Below are positions 37,440 to 44,683 of a stretch of DNA of 64,000 nt, in pieces. Where the stretch lies: NCBI GenBank assembly GCA_039028615.1, contig JBCCHT010000024.1, forward strand, positions 32,001 to 96,000, read 5' to 3'. Position 1 is the stretch's first letter. The number at the start of each line of letters is the position of its first letter. The notes beneath the pieces are model-generated. The model saw nothing but the letters and a program-made list of their open reading frames with translations. It was not told the origin of the DNA and searched no databases. The position numbers and the translations under genes were made by a program. Source of the stretch: Myxococcota bacterium (GTDB lineage Bacteria > Myxococcota_A > Polyangia > Nannocystales > Nannocystaceae).

Positions 37440-38209
37440 AGACCCTCGCTCTCCTCGCCGCCTTGGCCTCGGCCGAGCCCGCCGCGAGCCCCAGCCCCGA
37501 CGCGGAGGCCGGGGTGAAGGCGTTCGCCGAGGGTCGCTACGAGGACGCGGCCGAGATCCTGGCGCGCGCCTATGAGGACGACCCGCGACCCGAGCTGTTG
37601 TTCGCGTGGGCTCAGGCGGAGCGTTACGCCGGGCAGTGCGAGGGGGCCATCGTGCGGTATCGGCAGTTCTTGCAGAGCGAGCCCGCGGCCGACGTCGAGC
37701 AAATGGCCCAGGACGCGATCGAGGCGTGCCAAGAGGAACTCGACGAGGCCGAGCCCGAGCCGGAACCCGAGCCCGAGCCGGAACTCGAGCCCGAGATCGA
37801 GCCGCAGACCGCTGCCCCACCGGATGACTCCGGTCGGATCGATCGAGTCCCCCGGCGGGGCGTGGATGCAGCCATCCGCGATCCATGGGCCCACGCGTTC
37901 ACGTGGTCGGGAATCGCGGTGATCACGGTGGGGACGGGGTTGGTGGGCGAGGCTCATCGCCGCCGCGGGGTCTCCCGCCAAGCCATCGACGAGCAGGCCT
38001 ATCGCGACGCGCTCGAGGGCGCGCCGACGCTGAGCCGAGCCGGAATCGCCGTGATCGCGGGGGGCGCCGCATTGTTCGTAGCCGGAGTCGTTCGCTTTTC
38101 GGTGGTGGCCGCCCGAGGAGAGCCCAAGCGGGCCAAAGTCGCGTGGCAGGGCCCTGGGCTGACCTGGAAGTTCGACCTTGCTCCCGGGCGGGCCCGCGCA
38201 CTACGTTGA
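37436..38209 (+). CDS. exported TPR protein
   Basis: TPR (AFAEGRYEDAAEILARAY...LLFAWAQAER), PE linker and two hydrophobic segments; ATGA overlap with the kinase. Confidence 0.8.
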   Translation: MKTLALLAALASAEPAASPSPDAEAGVKAFAEGRYEDAAEILARAYEDDPRPELLFAWAQAERYAGQCEGAIVRYRQFLQSEPAADVEQMAQDAIEACQEELDEAEPEPEPEPEPELEPEIEPQTAAPPDDSGRIDRVPRRGVDAAIRDPWAHAFTWSGIAVITVGTGLVGEAHRRRGVSRQAIDEQAYRDALEGAPTLSRAGIAVIAGGAALFVAGVVRFSVVAARGEPKRAKVAWQGPGLTWKFDLAPGRARALR

Positions 38210-38213
38210 GCCC

Positions 38214-39656
38214 ATGCGCTGGGCTTGGGCCGCGGTCGCGACGATCGGCGGGGCCATCACTGGCGCCTGTGTAGACCTTCAGGCCTACCAGTGCACCGAC
38301 GACGCCGAGTGCCGGTCCACCGTGGCGCAGGGGTGGTGCGAGCCCACCGGGTTTTGCAGCTATCCCGATCCCGAGTGCGACTCGGGTCGGCGGTACAGCG
38401 ATCTGGCGGGCCCGCACGAGCGCGAGTGTGTCGAGGGCGGCGCGAGCTCGGGCGTGCTCTCCGAGACCACCGAGGACGGCGAAGGCAGCACCGCGGTGAG
38501 CAACCAGCCCGTCTGTGGCAACGGCGTGGTCCAGGGCGACGAGGAGTGCGACGAGCTCGATGCGGTCGACGGCGACGGGTGCAACACCGACTGCGTCGCC
38601 GGGGGCTCGGTCCGGTGGAGCGCGATGGTGGGCGGAGAGGTCGGCGGCGACGATCGCCTCTTCGGGCTCACGCGGCTCGTGTCCGGCGACGTGGTCGCAG
38701 TGGGCTACATCCAGGGCCGGTCGCGCGACGTCCTGGCCGTGCGCTTCACCATCGAAGGCGAAGAGGTCCAGCGCGTCGCCTACGACATCCACGGCGGAGG
38801 CGACGAGGCCGAGTCGGTCGTGCAGGACGCCACCGGGCAGCTCTACATTTGCGGGCTGTCGGTCGACGGGAGCATCACCAACCCGTGGATGGGCCTGTGG
38901 GACGCCCAGCTCGATGGTCCGCCTGACTTCGACATGCAGCTGCCCTTCGGGCTCATGGGCATCTGCCACGACATCGTGCACATGGCCGACGAAGACTTCG
39001 TCGCGGTCGGGGGCAGCGGAAACACGGCGTGGAGCTATCGCTTCTCGGCCTCGAACATCGACGGGGGCGTGGCCTCCTCGCCGCCCGGCGGAGGCGGGGG
39101 CGGCGAGAGCCGGCTGCGGGCGTCGTTTCAAGACCCCGAGGGCGCTCTGTGGGCCGCGGGTCAGCTCGGCGGGTCCGGGGTCGCGTACATGGTGCCGCCC
39201 TCGGGTGAGCTCGGGACATCGATCTTCGAACTCCCGGAGACCCAGCTCCAGGCGATGGCCGTGGCTGGCGACACCATGATCGTGGGGGGCTTTCGCTCCA
39301 CCGTCGAGAGCCTCGCCGACCTGTGGATCTCGGGCCACGGCTTGGGCGGGGAGCAGCGCTGGAGCTTCAACCCCACCGAGCACCTGCTCGACGACGAAGT
39401 CGAGGACCTCGCGCTCGATCCCGCGGGCAACATCTACGCCATTGGCCACGTGTCCCGGGACAACCCCGATCGATGGGTCATCAAGCTCGATCCCGAGGGG
39501 CAGGTCATCTGGGAGCGCGACGACTACGAAGGCTCGGACGGCATCGATCGCGGCCGCTCGATCGTGGTCCTGCCCAACGGCGACCTGATGGTGGTGGCCG
39601 AGGTCACCACCGAAGCGGGTGACCTCGACGGCTGGATTGCTAGACTCGCCCCGTGA
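38214..39656 (+). CDS. lipoprotein with myxobacterial Cys-rich repeat and beta-propeller
   Basis: Lipobox TGAC, CGNGVVQGDEECD...DGCNTDC motif and propeller blades (LDPAGNIYAIG). Confidence 0.8.
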   Translation: MRWAWAAVATIGGAITGACVDLQAYQCTDDAECRSTVAQGWCEPTGFCSYPDPECDSGRRYSDLAGPHERECVEGGASSGVLSETTEDGEGSTAVSNQPVCGNGVVQGDEECDELDAVDGDGCNTDCVAGGSVRWSAMVGGEVGGDDRLFGLTRLVSGDVVAVGYIQGRSRDVLAVRFTIEGEEVQRVAYDIHGGGDEAESVVQDATGQLYICGLSVDGSITNPWMGLWDAQLDGPPDFDMQLPFGLMGICHDIVHMADEDFVAVGGSGNTAWSYRFSASNIDGGVASSPPGGGGGGESRLRASFQDPEGALWAAGQLGGSGVAYMVPPSGELGTSIFELPETQLQAMAVAGDTMIVGGFRSTVESLADLWISGHGLGGEQRWSFNPTEHLLDDEVEDLALDPAGNIYAIGHVSRDNPDRWVIKLDPEGQVIWERDDYEGSDGIDRGRSIVVLPNGDLMVVAEVTTEAGDLDGWIARLAP

Positions 39657-41263
39657 GCACTCGTGAGCCCGACCAGGCTCTGGCCACGGAGCTGCTGAGG
39701 CTCCGCGTTTCGTCGCCACGCGGGAGTGCGCGGGCCGGGCAGATCCTGAATGAACTCGAGGGATCGGGGCGGATGGCGGACGCCTATGCGCTCGTGCGCA
39801 TGGCCGTGGGGTCGAGCTGGCCCCGCGCGCTGCGGGTGCGGGCGGCGGCGGTGGTGAGCACCGTGGTGGCTCGAGTGCCGCCCGCTCGCCTGCCGCGGCT
39901 GGACGAAGGCGTCCGCGACATGGGCTGGGGCCGGGAGGTGACCGGGATCGACTCGTGGGCGGCCTTGAGCCCCGCCGACCTGCCCGCGGCCGTGCCGAAC
40001 ATGGCCGACCCGACGCCGCTCTACGGTCTGCTCAGCTGCCATCGCAGCGGCTACGTACGAGAGGCCGCCATCGCTCGGCTGGCCACCGCACCCGGTGGTC
40101 TGCGTTGGTTGTTGCTGCGCGTCAACGACTGGGTCGCGCCAGTTCGCATCCGAGCCCTCACCGCGATCACCGAGCGCTTCGAGGGCGAGCAGCCCGGCGA
40201 GGTCATGGCCTGCCTCCCCCTGGTGTTTCGCCTCCTGCGGCTGTCGCGGATGGATCACCGCGGGCTGGTGAAGCGCTTCGTCGACCGACTGGGGGACATC
40301 TCCGTCGAAGCCCTGGGGCAGGGGTTCGAGGCCGGCGATCGATATACCAAGCGAGCCGTGCTGCGATGGATGTCCGAGTCCGGGCGCATCCACCCGGAGC
40401 TGGTAGCCCGGGGAATCGACGACGACGACCTGGTCGTGCGGTTGCGGGCGGCGGCCCTCGTCGGGGAGTGCCCCGAAGAGCACGCCGAGGTGCTGCGCGA
40501 GCGCCTGTGCTGGAATCGTTCGAGTCGGCTGCGTGTGCAGGGCTTCGAGCTGCTCCTGCAGGCGGGGTCGCGCCGGTTGCTCACGTGGATGCGCCGCGGC
40601 ATCGATGACGTCGATCGAGATGTTCGCAAGCTCGCGTCCGAGTGGTGGAGGCAGCGGCATCCCGGCTTCGATCTTCTCGCGCACTACCGGGCAGAGATCG
40701 ACGCCGGTCGGGCCACGCCGGGCAAGCTCCGAGGCTTGGCGGCGGCAGGGGAACCGGCGGATTGGGAACGCCTGGTGGAGTGCCTCGATGCCCGGCCGGC
40801 GGTGGCCCGAGAGGCGCTCGAAGCCATGCGTCGGCTCGACGCCGAGGGCTCTCGCGAGTGCCGCATGATGATGGTCGACGACGAGCGGGGGGGCGTCAGC
40901 CGGGTCGCCACGTACACGCTGGTCCACGAGGTTCGAGCCTCGGACGAGCCCGTCTTGCGCGAGTATCTCGGCTCCGAGCATCGTCACGTGCGGCGCCGAG
41001 CCATGCGCCTGGTCTCGAACCTGACGCGCTGGAGGCCGGGGCTGGTCTTGCTCGAGGCCGACCTCGATGCGGAGGACGATGAGTCTCGGTACGCGGCGCT
41101 CGATCGTTGGGCAACGATCATCGGCAGCTATCGCGCGGAGGTGACCGGCGAAGAAGCGCGGGCGCTGCGTCGTCTGCTGCAACGCCACCCCAATTGGCCC
41201 CGTGCACCGCGGGTGTTGCAGCTGCTCGAGATCGTCGAGGCCGACGTGTCTGCAACCAACTAA
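39653..41263 (+). CDS. HEAT-repeat protein
   Basis: LSCHRSGYVREAAI, LLLRVNDWVAPVR and further helical VR..A repeats; GTGA overlap. Confidence 0.75.
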   Translation: MSTREPDQALATELLRLRVSSPRGSARAGQILNELEGSGRMADAYALVRMAVGSSWPRALRVRAAAVVSTVVARVPPARLPRLDEGVRDMGWGREVTGIDSWAALSPADLPAAVPNMADPTPLYGLLSCHRSGYVREAAIARLATAPGGLRWLLLRVNDWVAPVRIRALTAITERFEGEQPGEVMACLPLVFRLLRLSRMDHRGLVKRFVDRLGDISVEALGQGFEAGDRYTKRAVLRWMSESGRIHPELVARGIDDDDLVVRLRAAALVGECPEEHAEVLRERLCWNRSSRLRVQGFELLLQAGSRRLLTWMRRGIDDVDRDVRKLASEWWRQRHPGFDLLAHYRAEIDAGRATPGKLRGLAAAGEPADWERLVECLDARPAVAREALEAMRRLDAEGSRECRMMMVDDERGGVSRVATYTLVHEVRASDEPVLREYLGSEHRHVRRRAMRLVSNLTRWRPGLVLLEADLDAEDDESRYAALDRWATIIGSYRAEVTGEEARALRRLLQRHPNWPRAPRVLQLLEIVEADVSATN

Positions 41264-41264
41264 A

Positions 41265-41319
41265 GGGCCGAGCCCCGGCCGCGAGCGGGTGCTCACGGCG
41301 GGACTCGGCCCGTTTCGTT
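41265..41319 (+). terminator. hairpin/terminator between convergent HEAT and RNA ligase genes
   Basis: Long imperfect stem GGGCCGAG...CTCGGCCC followed by GTTTCGTT. Confidence 0.6.
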
Positions 41320-41332
41320 CGGCCGTGGTGGC

Positions 41333-42688
41333 TCAGAGCCCCGCGACCTTGCCTCGGTACCAGCGCTGGCCGGCGTGGGCGACCGCCTTGGCGACGTTCT
41401 TCCACTCGAGGTTCGAGGCCTCCAGCTCCAGCACGGACTCCTTTTTGACGTCTCGGCCGAGCCACTTGAGGAAGTCCCCCATGCGCCGCATGTCGAACTC
41501 GCCCTCGCAGGCCTCGGTCACACCCTGCTCGAGGCGAGGGACGGTGACGAACTGGTCGACGAAGGCCGCGGTGGAGGCCGAGACCTGCGGATCGACCCGG
41601 ACGGCCTTGGACTGCTTATTGACCCGATGGGCCTCGCCCTTGGCCTTGAACATCAGCTCGAAGTACGCATCGCGCTCGGTGCTGCCTCGCTCGTCGAAGT
41701 CGACGCCGTCGATGGGGTACAGGACCACGCCCTCACCCACACCTTCGACCCCGAACTCGGCCTGCACCCACGGGTCGACCTGCTCCACGGCGGAGACCAT
41801 CTCGTTGATCTTCGCCGCGCCTCGCTCCAGCCCGCTGTCGGAGTGGAAGTCGAGAGAGACGGTCTCGCCGTGCCAGGGCAGGACCCGCACGTCGGGGTGC
41901 TCGGGGAGCATCGCACGGATGCGATCGGGGTCGACGACCAGGCGGGCGTCGGCCTCGTTGGGATCGCCGAGCACGATGGCGAACACGGCGAAGATCTTCC
42001 GTTCGATCGAGGTGATGGCTACTTTCTTCTGGATGCCGGGACCACACCACTCGCCGTAGACCAGCACGCGGCCGTGCCGTTCGAAGAGCCCACCGAAGAA
42101 CTCGGCGGCCGAGCCGTGGACCCAGGCCGCAAAGCCGTAGTTGTCCTTCTCGGGGGTGATGAGCCGGGTTCGGCTCTGGGCGACGACCTTGCCCTCGCCG
42201 AAGACCTGAACCCCGGCATTGGTGCCGTCGAGCTTGATCTTGGCGCGGTAGCCCAGGGTGGGCGCGATGATGGCTCCGGGATCGAGCCGCACCTGCATGC
42301 GCACCCCCTTGCGGACCGCGGGTAGGCCTTCGATGCTGGCCCACTTCGCCATCTTGGCGCCCTCGGGGCGCGCGGGCGCGGAGGGCAGGGGAACCTCGAT
42401 CTGGCCGTGCTCGGCGTTCAGGTCTGTGCCGATCTCGGCGTCGGTCGGGCCGACGATCATGCCGTGCGAGTCGAGACCTCGCAGCCGGGCCCGGCGAATC
42501 TTGGTGCCGTCGCGCAACGTGGCGCCCACGCGGGCGACGGCCAGGACATCGCCCGGTGCGTATTCGCCTTCCTGGTTGGCCACGACGACCAGACCCTCGA
42601 TTCCCGGGGCCTCGAACCGGAGCACCCGCAGGGTGTCGGCATTGGGATGATCGTCGATTCGGACGACCCGCATTGCAATGATGGACAT
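41333..42688 (-). CDS. Rnl2-type ATP-dependent RNA ligase with N-terminal tRNA-binding (PheT-B2/Trbp-like OB) domain
   Basis: N-terminus DHPNADTL...VARVGATL...IRRARLRGLDSHGM. Nucleotidyltransferase motifs I KLDGTN, Ia QSR, III YGEW, IIIa FAVF, IV EGVVL and V FKAK. AAAGGA RBS 9 nt before ATG. Confidence 0.88.
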   Translation of the reverse strand: MSIIAMRVVRIDDHPNADTLRVLRFEAPGIEGLVVVANQEGEYAPGDVLAVARVGATLRDGTKIRRARLRGLDSHGMIVGPTDAEIGTDLNAEHGQIEVPLPSAPARPEGAKMAKWASIEGLPAVRKGVRMQVRLDPGAIIAPTLGYRAKIKLDGTNAGVQVFGEGKVVAQSRTRLITPEKDNYGFAAWVHGSAAEFFGGLFERHGRVLVYGEWCGPGIQKKVAITSIERKIFAVFAIVLGDPNEADARLVVDPDRIRAMLPEHPDVRVLPWHGETVSLDFHSDSGLERGAAKINEMVSAVEQVDPWVQAEFGVEGVGEGVVLYPIDGVDFDERGSTERDAYFELMFKAKGEAHRVNKQSKAVRVDPQVSASTAAFVDQFVTVPRLEQGVTEACEGEFDMRRMGDFLKWLGRDVKKESVLELEASNLEWKNVAKAVAHAGQRWYRGKVAGL

Positions 42689-42735
42689 TGGAAACAGTCC
42701 TTTCTTCACTTCGCATTCGCCTCCGAAGGGGCGAC

Positions 42736-42770
42736 AAAAAAAAAGAGCCACCGGGTTTCCCTGGTGGCTC
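42736..42770 (-). terminator. intrinsic terminator in the RNA ligase leader (attenuator)
   Basis: Minus strand GAGCCACCAGG-GAAA-CCCGGTGGCTC followed by T9, ending 48 nt upstream of the ligase ATG and in the same orientation. Confidence 0.9.
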
Positions 42771-42824
42771 CACATGCCTCGAAACGGCCGAATTCGGTCA
42801 TTTACGAGTCAATGGGAGCCTCCA
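42762..42824 (-). promoter_or_regulatory. antiterminator hairpin, mutually exclusive with the leader terminator
   Basis: TGGAGGCTCCCAT (42824-42812) pairs with ATGTGGAGCCACCA (42775-42762, includes the terminator 5' arm). The inner stem CTCG/CGAG, AAA/TTT, CCG/CGG continues the helix. Confidence 0.75.
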
Positions 42825-42911
42825 CGGACATGGGTACATCGCACGACGTCCCTGGAGGGATGTCGAACGCGTGCGTCCTTGGGCGTAGGTCTTTTCCGAG
42901 CACGTCTTCAT
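42798..42911 (-). CDS. putative leader peptide (uORF, 37 aa MKTCSEKTYAQGRTRSTSLQGRRAMYPCPWRLPLTRK)
   Basis: First ATG after the predicted TSS; its last codons cover the antiterminator 5' arm. The RBS is weak and other short frames are possible. Confidence 0.45.
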   Translation of the reverse strand: MKTCSEKTYAQGRTRSTSLQGRRAMYPCPWRLPLTRK

Positions 42912-42931
42912 GACGAGACTTTCCGACCCAT

Positions 42932-42960
42932 CGGATAGCAGGCAGCATTGTGACTGTCAA
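42932..42960 (-). promoter_or_regulatory. sigma70-like promoter of the RNA ligase leader
   Basis: Perfect TTGACA, 17-nt spacer ending in TGc (extended -10), then TATCCG (imperfect -10). Confidence 0.6.
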
Positions 42961-42993
42961 ACGAATATTCTGGAGTCGGAGGGTAGGGCATCG

Positions 42994-44118
42994 ATGTCGA
43001 ACGCACCGTGGGTCGGGATCTGGAACAACGAAGCGCTCGGTATTCAGCTCTCGCTCGAGCTCGGCGGGACCTTCGGGTTCGTGGGGCCGACCGGATCGAG
43101 CACGGGTCGGTTCGAGGTGCGCGGCGATCAGCTGTGGTTTCAGGAAGCCAACGGCAACGTGCTGGCGTATCGCATCGCCAGGCTCGACGAGCAAACGATG
43201 GACTTGCTCGATGCGATGGGCACCATGCTGCACTACCGACGAAGCGCGGTGCCTTCGCTCGCGCGGGGGCAGGTGCTCGCCGAGGCGGGCGGGCTGCAGC
43301 TGACCGAAGGAGAGGTCGACGTCGGCCTCGATCTCGTTCGCTTGCTCATCGACACCGACCCTTCGGCGCAGGAACGCGAGGCGCTGACGCAGCACTCCGT
43401 CGACGACTTTCGGCAGCACCCGGCGGCGTTCCTCGAGCAGCTGCGGCAGATCGCGGCCAGCGTGCAGCAAGTCCGTGCGCTGCGAAACCCAACCGAGGTT
43501 GCCCTGGCTCGGCAGGCGATCTTCGCGAGCCTCTACGCTGCGGTCGAGCCGATGGAGCCCGCGACCCGCCCACCCTTGATGCAGGTGGTGCTGAGCCACG
43601 TGCAGGTGCGGGCCTTCGATCCGCGGACCCAGCTTCTGTGCACCAGCCGCGACTTGGCGGGCGCGGTGGCGCTGGCCGAGTTCGAGGCGATGCTGGCGGG
43701 GCGGCCCCTCGAGCTGACGCCGCAGCAACGCACCGAGATGGAGGCCGAGCTGGTCACCGCGTTCCAGACCGGCGGGCTCGAGGTGCAGCAGCGGCTGTGC
43801 GTGGCGGGGCCGATGTGGGCGATGACCGAGGCGAACTGGAGCCGCTTCGACGAAGCCCAGCGCGAGCAGCTGAGAGCTCAGTTCCGGGCGTCGTTCGGGG
43901 GTGGGGCGGCATACGCCGAAGTGCCGGGCGTGGAGGTGCCCGAGCCTGAGCCCGCGTCCGCCGAACCGCCGACGTCTGCCGTCGGTGATGCCTATGCGGC
44001 CCGCGTGAACGCAGAGACCTTTCGCATCATGCAGGAGATGTCACTTCAGCATCATGCGACCACGCTCAACATCATCGAGAACATGGGCGGCACGGGGAAC
44101 TACTGGGAAGTCGTGTGA
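42994..44118 (+). CDS. hypothetical protein (N-terminal beta domain, helical C-terminus)
   Basis: Long ORF with host-like codon usage and a GGAGGG upstream element; no recognised motif. Confidence 0.7.
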   Translation: MSNAPWVGIWNNEALGIQLSLELGGTFGFVGPTGSSTGRFEVRGDQLWFQEANGNVLAYRIARLDEQTMDLLDAMGTMLHYRRSAVPSLARGQVLAEAGGLQLTEGEVDVGLDLVRLLIDTDPSAQEREALTQHSVDDFRQHPAAFLEQLRQIAASVQQVRALRNPTEVALARQAIFASLYAAVEPMEPATRPPLMQVVLSHVQVRAFDPRTQLLCTSRDLAGAVALAEFEAMLAGRPLELTPQQRTEMEAELVTAFQTGGLEVQQRLCVAGPMWAMTEANWSRFDEAQREQLRAQFRASFGGGAAYAEVPGVEVPEPEPASAEPPTSAVGDAYAARVNAETFRIMQEMSLQHHATTLNIIENMGGTGNYWEVV

Positions 44119-44136
44119 GGCGGTCGGGCGCCGGGC

Positions 44137-44550
44137 TCACAGGTCTTCGCCGCACTCGGTACACAGCCACGAGCGCGGGGCATCGGGGTCGTCGCTCATC
44201 CCGATGAAGGCGCGCTGACCCGCGGGCATCTCGGTGGTGCAGCGGGAGCACTGGGCGGCGCGACCGAGGATCACCGAGTTCCACGCGATGACATGGTCGA
44301 GCGGAGGCGGGGTGACCTCGGCCTTGGTCTCCGGGTCGATGATCGGACCGGTCCCGGGTTCGGCCAGACCGAAGGCATCCTCCAAGATGTTGCGCACCAG
44401 GTTGGACACGGAGATCCGACGGCGCTTGGCCTGCTCGACGAGTACGCGCTGCAGCCGACGATCGACCCGTGTCTGGATCAGCCGGTCCTTGCGGAGCTCC
44501 TTTTGTCGGAGTCGATCCTCTTTGCGCAATTTGCGGAGATCGGTGCTCAT
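44137..44550 (-). CDS. putative ribbon-helix-helix DNA-binding protein with C-terminal CxxC...CxxC Zn finger
   Basis: RLIQTRVDRRLQRVLVEQAKRRRISVSNLVRNILEDAF fits the RHH pattern; CSRC...WLCTEC. Confidence 0.72.
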   Translation of the reverse strand: MSTDLRKLRKEDRLRQKELRKDRLIQTRVDRRLQRVLVEQAKRRRISVSNLVRNILEDAFGLAEPGTGPIIDPETKAEVTPPPLDHVIAWNSVILGRAAQCSRCTTEMPAGQRAFIGMSDDPDAPRSWLCTECGEDL

Positions 44551-44562
44551 ACCGTCATCAAG

Positions 44563-44571
44563 TGTATTACA
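44563..44571. promoter_or_regulatory. operator-like palindrome TGTA-T-TACA (site 1)
   Basis: Same core as the 44661 palindrome; 12 nt upstream of the RHH gene start. Confidence 0.55.
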
Positions 44572-44660
44572 AGTGATGGCTCGTGTCTCCTTGTCTCCCC
44601 TCCTCTCGCCCAATATCGACACGAGGCGATAATTCTCTCCACATGGGCTTGTCGTTGTCT

Positions 44661-44679
44661 TCGATTGTATTACAATCGA
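44661..44679. promoter_or_regulatory. operator-like 19-bp palindrome TCGATTGTA-T-TACAATCGA (site 2) overlapping a TACAAT -10
   Basis: Perfect 9-bp arms, AT-rich in a ~70% GC context, 4 nt before the desaturase ATG. Confidence 0.7.
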
Positions 44680-44683
44680 TTGC

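Noticed and set aside
42689..42775. ORF-track N-terminal extension of the ligase (MWSHQGNPVALFF...)
   Set aside because: It runs through the terminator and U-tract; ATG 42688 has a good RBS and begins at the OB domain.
42689..42930. T-box, tRNA or Y-RNA interpretation of the ligase leader
   Set aside because: No T-box UGGNACC bulge, no TTCRA T-loop cloverleaf and no Ro60 gene nearby; a uORF/antiterminator model fits better.
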